Source of the DNA: Octopus bimaculoides | Lineage: Eukaryota | Length of the DNA stretch: 64,000 nucleotides | Direction: 5' to 3' | Assembly (NCBI RefSeq): GCF_001194135.2 | Contig: NC_068981.1 | Span: forward strand, 153,119,120 to 153,183,119 | Shown: in pieces, positions 14,263-26,040 of the stretch | How positions within the stretch are numbered: position 1 is the stretch's first letter | Layout: each line of letters opens with the position of its first letter | Notes under the pieces: model-generated | The model's input: the letters and a program-made list of their open reading frames with translations, nothing else | The model's database searches: none | What the model was told of the DNA's origin: nothing | Made by a program: the position numbers and the translations under genes

Positions 14263-14301
<39 letters not shown>

Positions 14302-14462
14302 ACATATACGACGAGATTTGTTCAGTTTCCGTCTATCAAACCCACTCAAAAAGCTTTGGTTGGTCCGGGATAATAGTGGAAGACACTTGCCCAAGTTTCC
14401 ACGCAGTTCTGAACCCAAACCATGTAGAGGGAAGCAAATGTCTTACCACACAGCCATGTATA
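14240..14462 (-). mobile_element. SINE family B, 5' half
   Basis: 'gacacttgcccaagtttccacgcagttctgaacccaaaaccatg...ttaccacacagccatg'. Confidence 0.8.
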
Positions 14463-15385
14463 CGCATATGAAATCGATTTTATAATAAATCTCTAACATG
14501 AATTTGGATCTTTGGCACTTTTAAGAATCCATTCGTACCATACAACGCAGTTCTTTGGTGTTTCTAGAAATCTCCTTGGTGAAATCTGTTATGTATTCCT
14601 TTGTCTCTTTTATAAATCAATCTCTCAGCCCTGATCAAGCACATCTCTGATCATGATGTATCTAAAGCTATAAAATACAATGTGTCTTGCACTTTCTCAA
14701 GACGAATTCAGTGAGTTGAAGAAAATTTGGTTGTTGTTCTTTGCAATTTCAGTCATCACGTAGAGTCTTCCTTCATTAGAGCAGTGTTTCTTTTACAAAT
14801 CTGTTGAGAGACATGTACGTAATGCACTGATTCTAGTTTAGAAAACAGAGCCTTAAGCAATAAAAAGAAAACAAAGTTAGTCTGTATCTATTACGTCTGA
14901 TGTGTAATTTGTCAAATAATAAATAAAATATCAGATGAAAACCAAATTACCAGGATAACGTTAGTTTCGCCAGGTTGCCTTCTTCTTCTCTGTCTGTCCG
15001 CCCGTTCATTTGTCTGTCTGTCTATCTGCCTGCCTTGAAATCTTTTTCTCTCTCCACCCCATGGAGAATGGTTCTACCCGAACCGTTTGAACTAGTGTCT
15101 TTCACGATTTTCGAACTTATTCAAATTCTGCTTCTAGATTTAAACGTCTATAGAAAAAGATTTTGTCACGTAATCTTAGTTAATCATAGATTTTCAACTC
15201 ATGCGTGAGTTGCAAGTATGTGAGACCTTAGAGCTTATACTGTTTATGAACAAAAATAGATATTGAGGGAGATATCTATTTCGATTGTTACCTAAAGATG
15301 CTTGACATTTGCTGTTTGTTAAGTAAAATTTGTTACCCTTACAAAAGAGACATGAAAAACTCGTGACGTATAGATACACAAATAA

Positions 15386-15430
<45 letters not shown>

Positions 15431-15649
15431 CATACATTCGTAAACATCCAAGTATGAACAGACGTACACACTTGGGTGTATGTTTCGACAGTTGAGCCAA
15501 CATACCAACTCAACCATATATTTACAAATACCGGGAACTCTCATAACTCAAAAAGCCTTCTTGCTTTGTTAGCGACCGGCTTGAACTTGTCGGCTTGAAC
15601 TTGTATGTATGTATGTGTGTATGTATGTATGTATGTATGTATGTATGTA

Positions 15650-15696
<47 letters not shown>

Positions 15697-15984
15697 GTGT
15701 GTGTGTGTGTAGATTTGTATGTTTTGTTTTATGCATATTTTGTTTTATGTATTCTCATGCATCTGGCTGCATATCTAGACATTCTCATGCATATAGCTGC
15801 ATGTCTAGACATGCTCATATATACTTAAATGATAAATTTCTGGAAAGTTTTTAAGATTTTTACAATTCCAGTGATGGCATGGATATGTAGTCTTCGAATC
15901 ACCTTTCTCCTTTCCGGTTTTGAGATGCCTAATTTCTCAAGATTGGTACTTAGGCAGTGTTATATATATCCCACTGTCCCAATA

Positions 15985-16463
15985 ATTACAGGTATAAACC
16001 TGAACTTGTAATCTGGGTAGATACTCCATGCACAAACCCTAAGAAAAGAAAAGGCTTAGGGAGTCAACCTCAACTGCAAAACGAAGGAGTGAGTCCTTCA
16101 GGTGGTCCGATGCCCCCTTTGTCACCTGTCAGGGAACTTCAAGGAAGGTAAAGCTCTCAAACGCTGTGAGACAATTCACATAGGAGAAGGCCGTCCCAAT
16201 GTAAAACTTAGAGCTTGTTCGTTACTGAAGCCGTCTTATCTCGTTGAGCCACTGTGGGTCAGACCTCCATCTCTAATCAGTGCAATCGAATTGTGCAAAC
16301 TAACTCTCAATTTAAAACTACAAAGAGCAGGCAGGAAGAAAAGTTCCTGCAACAATGAAGAAGAAATGAAAATGACAGCTATTGGATAATGCTGGCAGTC
16401 GCAGCCGCATCTCCTCATGGAAGCAGCCACTCTTCCTCGTGATTTTCGGTCACGAAGAACTGC

Positions 16464-16464
<1 letters not shown>
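15985..16464 (+). mobile_element. Putative short non-autonomous RTE-like element ending in a (CAT)n tail
   Basis: The 3' segment 'ggataatgctggcagtcgcagccgcatctcctcatgg' runs into (CAT)n, as RTE 3' ends do. The upstream part resembles an RTE 5' UTR. By-eye resemblance only. Confidence 0.35.
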
Positions 16465-16494
<30 letters not shown>

Positions 16495-17100
16495 GTCGTC
16501 GTCGTCGTCATCATCATCGACATGTGTATGTATGTATGTATGTATGTATGTATGTATGTATGTATGTATGTATGTATATACGGCATTAATAAAATACAGT
16601 AAATATGCATGGTATTTTATGCTTTATAAAGCATACACTAATTTCGGCAAATTGACTGTCAGGATTACTTAATTGCTAGTTGAACTATTATATAATATCA
16701 TCTTAAATATATACATAAGCATATTCTCATTCCTCTTCTTAAATTTTACATGACTTCGCTGTGCAAAATCTTTTCGGACCTGCATTGCATCTTTTTCACA
16801 CCGTTACACGCTTTTTAGAGCAAAGAACAAGGAGTGAGTGTTAATGTGGAAAAAAATGTATGAAGAGCACTTGATAAGGTTGAAGGCTGTATCGAAAGGA
16901 ATTCAACGAACTAATAAATTAGGTTATTAATGTAGTAATTGTTTAACTAATTATTTAATGGGTTAATATAACTGAAGTGAAATATAACCGATCAACCAGC
17001 GTGTGTGTTTATATTTGCAATATGACTTTCTCAAAGAACGAAATAATTGTTTGAACACGGAAATTTGCATCTGGAATCTTACGGAACAAATACAAATATG

Positions 17101-17101
<1 letters not shown>

Positions 17102-17168
<67 letters not shown>

Positions 17169-17302
17169 NNNNNNNNNNNNNNNNNNNNNNNNNNNNNNNN
17201 NNNNNNNNNNNNNNNNNNNNNNNNNNNNNNNNNNNNNNNNNNNNNNNNNNNNNNNNNNNNNNNNNNNNNNNNNNNNNNNNNNNNNNNNNNNNNNNNNNNN
17301 NN

Positions 17303-17369
<67 letters not shown>
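17102..17369. repeat. (TG)n microsatellite spanning an N gap
   Basis: Direct reading. Confidence 0.95.
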
Positions 17370-17371
<2 letters not shown>

Positions 17372-17999
17372 AGATATTACTTGATGTCGTTTTACGTTTC
17401 CAGCTGTTCTTGGATTACAGAAACACGAACTGGTTATCATTTCAGATTTTGTGAAATGTTAATTCTGGTGCTTATCTTTTCAACGAAATGCAGCTTTTCG
17501 CGCCTCCAGTTCCCTTGTTGCAAATAATAAACTGGAAATAACAAGTTTCCAGCCACGAGTTACAATCAAAGGGAACATTGAACAAAATAATAGTGCTCAA
17601 ACATATTGAAATAGTTTGATATGTATACTCAATTACAGGTGTTTTGAAGAATGTATGTAAGTGCCGCTTAGACATATGTTCATATGTTCATATGTTCATA
17701 CCGGTATGTAGATATGAAGATATATATAAAAGTATATGTGTGAATATGAAGATACAGTGTTCAGAGGAATGTATATAAGTGCATCTTAGCTATATGTGGA
17801 TGACTGTATGAGTATATGAACATATATAAAAGTATATGTAGGGATATAAAGATACAGTGAATAGATATGTATATGTGTTGTTCAGACATTAAATGATAAA
17901 AGGAAGAAAAAGATTAATTCAAAAAGAATCTAATTTTACAGTGTTCAGTGTTTAGTGGTGATGGAGGTTGTCATCTTCTAAATTACAAGGTAGCGGCAG

Positions 18000-18420
18000 T
18001 TATTTGGAAACTGATAACCACGAACGGAAGTAGCCGAACCTTAAATTAAAGTCACTCGGCTTTACTGTAAAGAGTTAGACTCTTACTGTAGTTAATCAGG
18101 AATATTTCTCGCCATAATCAGTGTTACCAGCTTAAGGTTCATTAGCGCTGCTTACTAGAAAACTGTCTGAATGTGGTGTTTTCTAAAGCTGGGGAATCGG
18201 GTGCTGTCCAATAAAATAATATCACTCTATGATTATTCTGATACACCGCTTACAAAATGTCTTGTGGTTGATAAAAGAACACATTACTTTAAAATATAGT
18301 GTCGTTGTTTAAGATAAAGTTTAGTAGAGCGTCCGCAATCTTCAAATAAACGGAGTGTTTCTTGGAAAATCTGAAAGCTTTGTATTTAATGTGTAACAGA
18401 AATTCCTTAGCATTCTTACA
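18000..18420 (-). mobile_element. Possible decayed hAT transposase fragment
   Basis: Weak peptide resemblance across frameshifts (NHKTFCKRCIR..HRVILFYWT versus the RLFxQLC..LLLHTEVRW motif). Unverified. Confidence 0.2.
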
Positions 18421-19392
18421 GAGAATGGTATTTCATTTTAGTTCGTTTTGAATACATTAAGAAACACTTTAGCGATACTAAAATAAACTAGCTCTGACGA
18501 GCTAACGGCGAAGTCTTGTAGTGGTCACTCGACTTGCCAGAAATAGCAACAAATATTTGTGTACGTGCGTCTGTTTGAGGATGTAATTATATGTATGTAA
18601 TTTTGAAATGATCGAATGTATTAAAATATGAGGCTACTAGGTCATGGTTTTAAGCTTAACTATTCTACAAACATTAATGCGTGTTTCAATTTACATAACA
18701 TGACGGAAGTGCGTTGCTGGAGAGGCAAATTCCTCACTTATCAGTTTAATAGCACTTGAACTAAGCACCGGGTTTCTTAGTCTTGTCAATCATCGAGAAT
18801 AGTTTAACACATAGGGATCTCACGGTTTCGAGAGTGAGTATACTTGTTGGTCTCTAAAGAAACTACTTACTTATTGATATATAGTGTAAATGGCTTAGTT
18901 TGGTGAGAGGAAAAGAAAAAAAATTAGCCTCAGACTTAGAGATATAACTCAAATGCTTGCAGTAAAGTGCACCTAATAACAAAAACGATCCTTCTGGCAG
19001 GTTTTCACACTATTTCGGTCAACCAAATTTCACTTACAAGACTTCGAGCGATCTGAGAATGTGATAGAAAACACTTGCTCAAAGTATTACGGTGTGCGAG
19101 CAAACCCGAAATCAGATACATATAAAAGGAAACCTTTTTAACCTCGGTTACTTGGATATAGGCCGAAACGTTTTAGAGACAATAACTATGGGAAGAAAAT
19201 TTTCTCCAAGACAAAATCTCTCAGCGAATGCCGTTGGCGTTCGAAGATGCAGAAACGAGTTGATAATAACAGTGCACGTATTTATTTGATCTTCTCTGCT
19301 TCATGCGTTTATACTGTCTATCTACATGTATGTATGTATGTATGTATGTATGTATGTATGTATGTATGTATGTATGTATGTATGTATGTATG

Positions 19393-19610
19393 TCTCTTCT
19401 ATATTTTAATTCTTATAAATCTTCCAACAAAGATACAAGACTCCATCTTTGGGATGTAGTTAACGCAGGCAAATACACATTTGGAACTTGAGAAAACACT
19501 TGCATGTTTTTACTGTTCCACTCACAAATTGGACATGTAATGTACGAATCAGCAGGTCAATTTCTCTTTCTGAAAATCCCAGTTTATCCAGATTCTCCTT
19601 TAAGCGTATA
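19393..19610 (-). mobile_element. 3' terminal fragment of an RLE-type non-LTR retrotransposon
   Basis: Minus peptide LKENLDKLGFSEREIDLLIRTLHVQFVSGTVKTCKCFLKF resembles the extreme C-terminus of RLE-clade ORFs. It is followed by a short UTR and a (CATA)n tract. Confidence 0.65.
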
Positions 19611-20016
19611 TATGTATGTAAGTATGTATGTATGTATGTATGTATGTATGTATGTATGTATGTATGCATGCATGTATATATATATGTATGAATGCATGTA
19701 TTTCTCTCTTTCTCTCTCTCTTTCTCTCTCTCTATATATATNNNNNNNNNNNNNNNNNNNNNNNNNNNNNNNNNNNNNNNNNNNNNNNNNNNNNNNNNNN
19801 NNNNNNNNNNNNNNNNNNNNNNNNNNNNNNNNNNNNNNNNNNNNNNNNNNNNNNNNNNNNNNNNNNNNNNNNNNNNNNNNNNNNNNNNNNNNNNNNNNNN
19901 NNNNNNNNNNNNNNNNNNNNNNNNNNNNNNNNNNNNNNNNNNNNNNNNNNNNNNNNNNNNNNNNNNNNNNNNNNNNNNNATATATATATATATATATATA
20001 TATGTTTATATATATG

Positions 20017-20048
<32 letters not shown>

Positions 20049-20096
20049 CAGACACACAAATGTGCACATGTGTGTACATACATATATTATCATTGC

Positions 20097-20145
<49 letters not shown>

Positions 20146-20176
20146 AACATCAATAATAACAACAACAACAATAATG

Positions 20177-20375
20177 ATAATCCTTTCTGCTACAGGCATA
20201 AGGTCTCTGAAATTTTGCGGGAGAGGGCTAGTCGATTACATCGACTCCAGTATGTAACTGGTACTTATTTCATCAAGCTCGAAATGATGAAAGGCAAAAG
20301 CAACCTCGGCAAAAATTGAAGTCAGTAAGTAAAATCAAAGAAATACCGGTAAGCATTTTGTCCGGCGCGTTAATG
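20177..20375 (-). mobile_element. SINE family A
   Basis: Tail 'aatcctttctgctacaggcataaggtctctgaaatttt' and body 'gtcgattacatcgac...ggtacttatttcatc'. Confidence 0.85.
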
Positions 20376-21139
20376 ATTTTACCTGCACACCGCTTTTTTA
20401 GTGCTTCATTAACTAATATAGGAGTGTCTGTATTTACCGACGCATAGATTTTTGCACAGCGTACATAATATCCACTTTTCCTTTTCTCGCTATTACCCTC
20501 TCTCACATTTCATGGCACTCCCTTCATTCTCATCACTTTCCCTCCTCCTTTACCTCAGTCTGTCCCTTTCCTTTTTTCTCTCTTTCTCGTCCCTTCCTAA
20601 TTCTTCAATCCCTCTATCCATTACCCCACTCCTCTCCTTCCACGTGACCGATGTTCGGCCATGCCTGACCTTTCTTTCTTGGTTCGACTACCAGCCGTGC
20701 AGCATCTCTCGTATTTCTTCCCATGATATTCATCTTTTATGTTCCTGCCGTAAGGCTTCACTTCCGCACACGCCAACTTAATTCAATTCGTCCTTAGTCG
20801 AAAGACACCTGTTGTTAATGTCCCGTTGTTTGTATTTGTAATTGTGTAACATTTCTCCACTTTTTTCTTTTCGTCCTAGTTTTCGTATACATTCGCTTGC
20901 CTTTTTCCAAAGAATCTAGTGTTCTTAGCTTAGATTTCCCTGGGGCCGGCCAGATTAGAGCAGTCTCGAGATTAACCGGCCGAAACTGTAAAGACGATCT
21001 GCTTCTCGACTGAAGATTGAAAGCTCCGAATGTCCCGTCCTTGTTTTTTCCTGTCCTTTTTTTGTATCACCGACTGTCCGAATGTTTTGTTGTTTCCTGT
21101 TGCGTTCTTGTTCCATTTTTTGTTTTGGCTGTGTGGTTG

Positions 21140-21181
21140 AGGCGCAGTAGTGGCTGTGTGGTAAGTAGCTTGCTTACGAAC
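21140..21181 (+). mobile_element. SINE family B head, truncated at a LINE 5' end
   Basis: 'ggcgcagtagtggctgtgtggtaagtagcttgcttacgaac' matches the head of the copies at 13822-14220 and 55287-55765, then stops. Confidence 0.8.
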
Positions 21182-22132
21182 GGCGCATGCGTCGCTAGTT
21201 AGTCTGTTGCTTACAGAGAGAGAAGACGCAAGTTTCGGTTCCGTGAATAGAAAAAAAGAACAAAAAGAAAAGTCCGCAAGGTGAGTCGTTTTTTTGTCCT
21301 CCGAGCTGGGCGGGAATTTATTGTTTTCTTTTTTTTCAGTAAGTTCCTGCCTAGCTCTGGAGCAATTTCGTCTGCCTTAGCGGCTTTAAATTGTAGCTCG
21401 TTTTAGCGAGCAAAAATTTTGTGTTCCTCGTTATTNNNNNNNNNNNNNNNNNNNNNNNNNNNNNNNNNTAAGTAGCTTGCTTACGAACGGCGCATGCGTC
21501 GCTAGTTAGTCTGTTGCTTACAGAGAGAGAAGACGCAAGTTTCGGTTCCGTGAATAGAAAAAAAGAACAAAAAGAAAAGTCCGCAAGGTGAGTCGTTTTT
21601 TTGTCCTCCGAGCTGGGCGGGAATTTATTGTTTTCTTTTTATTTTTATTTTTCCCTTCTATTTTTTTTTCTTTCTAAATTTCTTTCTTTCTAAAGTTCTT
21701 GATACTATCACCGTCTTCCCAAAAGCAACAATAGAAAAATACTTGTCCTCTGTGAAATACATATCCTGCGATGTCAAGCATGCAACCGTATGGTTGCTGT
21801 TTGACACCCCAGAGGAGGCTCGCAATTTTGCGAGCCAGCCCTTGAAGGGCAACGAAATTCTGTTCCTCCCGTTGTACTGCGGGAAGAAATTAATAAGAGC
21901 CTGGGTATGTGGGTTACCCCCAGGCACCGAGGCGGGTTGGATTGAAGATACCATCCGACGGGGCCTGGGGGATAGCGGGCCCAGGCTCTTAAATGTAAAG
22001 GTCATAAGGCTTTCCGTGGGGGAAAAGCTTAGAAGACTTAAAGAGGATTGTTGCATATGGCCGGTTGACCCTAACATGACATATGCCTCGTACATGAATG
22101 AGGCATGGGAAATGGCGGGGTCCGAGAACTGA
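21182..22132 (+). mobile_element. L1-Tx1 clade LINE 5' UTR and ORF1 fragment
   Basis: Peptide VLDTITVFPKATIEKYLSSVKYISCDVKHATVWLLFDTPEEARNF...FLPLYCGKKLIRAWVCGLPPGTEAGWI resembles the RRM-like ORF1 of cephalopod Tx1 LINEs as I recall them. The 5' UTR start is duplicated across the gap at 21436-21468. Confidence 0.7.
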
Positions 22133-23768
22133 AGCGGCGCTGAAAATAAGACGAAAATTGGCACGAGTCTCGGCTCATACAGCAGATTATTCGTACAATG
22201 GGGTACTCATACTGCGAGGTTCTACTGTATATATATATAAAACCCAAACCCTTGGCTACACCAACGCACCTATACACACTCCACCTCACCATTCTCCCTT
22301 TCTCACACACGCACACACACGCACGCACATACACATACGCGGGCACACACGCCAACACACACACACGCGCACACACACAGTTACTACCACACAAACACGC
22401 ACACACACACATACAACACACATTCTCTGACCATCTTCACACTCTCCTGTCCCAGAAACCACTTTCGCTTTCTTCCACTTCCGGTCGCTTCAGAAATGTA
22501 AACGCACGTGAATTCTTGGTGATTTTTCCATCTTTCTCTTTGGACTTTTCTCTTTCCGACGAAGAGCTAAACTTGAAACGTTAATAACTCTCTCGTTTCA
22601 CTAAGCGTCAAATTATTACATTTCTTGTGCACGTCCGCACGTTCATTTTTTTCTTCTTAGNNNNNNNNNNNNNNNNNNNNNNNNNNNNNNNNNNNNNNNN
22701 NNNNNNNNNNNNNNNNNNNNNNNNNNNNNNNNNNNNNNNNNNNNNNNNNNNNNNNNNNNNNNNNNNNNNNNNNNNNNNNNNNNNNNNNNNNNNNNNNNNN
22801 NNNNNNNNNNNNNNNNNNNNNNNNNNNNNNNNNNNNNNNNNNNNNNNNNNNNNNNNNNNNNNNNNNNNNNNNNNNNNNNNNNNNNNNNNNNNNNNNNNNN
22901 NNNNNNNNNNNNNNNNNNNNNNNNNNNNNNNNNNNNNNNNNNNNNNNNNNNNNNNNNNNNNNNNNNNNNNNNNNNNNNNNNNNNNNNNNNNNNNNNNNNN
23001 NNNNNNNNNNNNNNNNNNNNNNNNNNNNNNNNNNNNNNNNNNNNNNNNNNNNNNNNNNNNNNNNNNNNNNNNNNNNNNNNNNNNNNNNNNNNNNNNNNNN
23101 NNNNNNNNNNNNNNNNNNNNNNNNNNNNNNNNNNNNNNNNNNNNNNNNNNNNNNNNNNNNNNNNNNNNNNNNNNNNNNNNNNNNNNNNNNNNNNNNNNNN
23201 NNNNNNNNNNNNNNNNNNNNNNNNNNNNNNNNNNNNNNNNNNNNNNNNNNNNNNNNNNNNNNNNNNNNNNNNNNNNNNNNNNNNNNNNNNNNNNNNNNNN
23301 NNNNNNNNNNNNNNNNNNNNNNNNNNNNNNNNNNNNNNNNNNNNNNNNNNNNNNNNNNNNNNNNNNNNNNNNNNNNNNNNNCTTGCATATATAACCTTCA
23401 ATTACGGTCACTTTTAGACAATCAACAAAGGAAATTTCATCCTAAAACGTTAAACCCACTCAATGTGAATAACAATCGCCTGAAACGTTGCTTCCAAACT
23501 TTGGTTGTTGTTTTTTTTTTTTTATATATTATATTTATTACTATTTTATTTCTATTAGTTTTGTATTTTGGTGTTTCTCTTGTCTTTCAATGAGTTTCTT
23601 ATTTCCGATTTTTTTTCTCTGTCTTAACCCAACACTTCATGAAATTCTTTACATCAATGTTCTTGTCAAGTAATTCCCTTTATTTACATTGTGAATTTGC
23701 TTCAATACATTTATACTTTCTCGTGTTTACGCACATTGGCTATTACGCCCCTACCATTTATGTAGTCG

Positions 23769-23831
<63 letters not shown>

Positions 23832-24130
23832 GTCTGTCTGTGTCTGTCTGTCTACTTATCTATCTATATGCACACATGCATATGTATGTATATATGTATC
23901 TTTACATACATGCACACGCACACACACACACACGCACACACATACACGCACACACACACATATACACATACATACATATTATAATATTTCGCTTAGGCAT
24001 AGCGAGACTAACCTGGTGTAGAACTCAATATACTCATGGTCCAGAGCACAAGGTTAGATGAATATGAGGTGGTAATAGAAAACAGAGAGACGACACCGGA
24101 AAAGGCAAATGTTATGTAATGAAATTCATT

Positions 24131-24208
24131 AGCTTACAACTGTTTCTGCCATATGATGTGGTGGACTAGTTGAGTACCAAGATAACATTCTATAGCTTCA
24201 TCAGAGCT
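24131..24208 (-). ncRNA. Type I hammerhead-ribozyme motif, Penelope-like (minimal palindromic stem III)
   Basis: Minus strand reads agct-CTGATGA-a-GCTATA-[37 nt]-TATGGC-a-GAAA-cagttg-TA-agct. Core boxes are intact; stem I is agct/agct, stem II is 6 bp, stem III is the quasi-palindrome ACAGUUGU. Confidence 0.65.
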
Positions 24209-24280
24209 TTGAATATGAAGTGCACTTTATTTGAAAAAGTTATATTTTCAGAGCATACAGGCGCAATGTGTGAGAAAGTC

Positions 24281-24360
24281 TATGCTAACAGCTATATAAG
24301 AATCCACCACATCCTATAGCAGAAACAGCTATAAGCTAATGAAGTTCAGTACATAACAAC
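24281..24360 (+). repeat. Inverted degenerate second copy of the hammerhead-bearing repeat
   Basis: 'gctata taagaatccaccacatcc tatagc a gaaa cagcta ta agctaatgaagttcagtacataaca' is homologous to the minus-strand copy; the CUGAUGA box has decayed. Confidence 0.75.
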
Positions 24361-24812
24361 TGGTTTTTCTGGAGTCATCTCTTTGTTTTATATANNNNNN
24401 NNNNNNNNNNNNNNNNNNNNNNNNNNNNNNNNNNNNNNNNNNNNNNNNNNNNNNNNNNNNNNNNNNNNNNNNNNNNNNNNNNNNNNNNNNNNNNNNNNNN
24501 NNNNNNNNNNNNNNNNNNNNNNNNNNNNNNNNNNNNNNNNNNNNNNNNNNNNNNNNNNNNNNNNNNNNNNNNNNNNNNNNNNNNNNNNNNNNNNNNNNNN
24601 NNNNNNNNNNNNNNNNNNNNNNNNNNNNNNNNNNNNNNNNNNNNNNNNNNNNNNNNNNNNNNNNNNNNNNNNNNNNNNNNNNNNNNNNNNNNNNNNNNNN
24701 NNNNNNNNNNNNNNNNNNNNNNNNNNNNNNNNNNNNNNNNNNNNNNNNNNNNNNNNNNNNNNNNNNNNNNNNNNNNNNNNNNNNNNNNNNNNNNNNNNNN
24801 NNNNNNNNNNNN

Positions 24813-24844
<32 letters not shown>

Positions 24845-24897
24845 CATATTTATATATACACATACATATATATACATATACATATATACATACATGC

Positions 24898-24930
<33 letters not shown>

Positions 24931-26040
24931 CATATATATATAGTATCTATATATATATCGTGTGTGTGTGTGTGTGTGTGTTGGCACCAGTGCATCTGGG
25001 TGAATGAACAGGTCGTTGCACCTATTCACTGATCCGAAATGTGATGACATATGCACGTATGTTACAAAGTAGAGTACTAGCTACTATGTCCGAAACATCA
25101 TGAAGTTAGTACGTCAGATGATGACATTGGTGCACCAACCGAGTGTTCTAAGAAAGGATGAGATGAGAAAAGTAGTTTTTTGGTGCCAGTGCGTTTTGAT
25201 CGACGAACGGGCTGTTACCCCAGTTAATTATCCCGAAATGTGACGCATCTGTTGATACTCTGCTCTTAATACAAGCAGACTCCCAATTCGAAAATCTACG
25301 TTGATTGTCAGAGGTACCACAAATATAATGACATGAGGTATCACCTACATTATTCATTCCTTAGATTGCTGCTCACGAAAATAATAGCTGTTACTACTTG
25401 AATTTGAGTTAGTAACAAACAAATGCTTCTATTGCATGCAAACGTGCATGAATCGATCTGGTAAGTTTACTTGTCGTCTCCATATAATTTTCCTGGCTCC
25501 TGGTGAACAAAACCAATGCCCGAAATAGCAGCAAAATTTCGATGATATAATGGATGAAGTGTGGAAATATTGCATGGAAAATTTCACTGTTTATATCATG
25601 ACATATTTAACATTAAATTTGAATGCTCAATTTGGTAGTAGCATCTTCGACAACTATGTGTTCGAAATGGTAACAAAAGAAAATCAAAACCAACTAAGAC
25701 GCTGTTTCATTAGTTACCATAATAATTTTTGTTTCAATCACACCAATCAAAATTAAGAAACAATGTTATTCCGATCAACTGGAGGCTATCATGTGTTCAC
25801 ATCTTTGTGTTTGTAAGTAAATAATATTCGTTGTTTAAAAACTACGCATCGTAAAACAGAGTAAACAAAGCTATGGACACGCAGTTTTCATTAATAAGAT
25901 ATATGTAATCGTCACGCTTAATCAATGGGGAGAGCCCGTACGCATGACTCTTTACAAGGTCCCCGAGACAGGTGCTGGGGACAGAGGAGGATATCTTCAA
26001 ACAAGAAAACTAACCCAAATGCTTGCAACAGAGTGGACTC

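Noticed and set aside
14197-14265. Direct repeat 'agcaagctacttactccatagcgactcctat' on both sides of a 10-N gap
   Set aside because: Typical contig-end overlap artefact.
17705-17865. About 100 bp-period degenerate duplication in TA-rich DNA
   Set aside because: Ordinary slippage-type duplication in low-complexity sequence.
18488-18520. CTGACGA-gc-taacg-gc-GAAG hammerhead-like string
   Set aside because: GAAG instead of GAAA, no stem III or cleavage site, and it runs into a family E repeat.
20935-21035. ggccgg...ccggcc-GAAAC hairpin and a downstream CTGAAGA...cgaa
   Set aside because: Neither arrangement gives a complete core with correct stems; probably part of an unclassified repeat.
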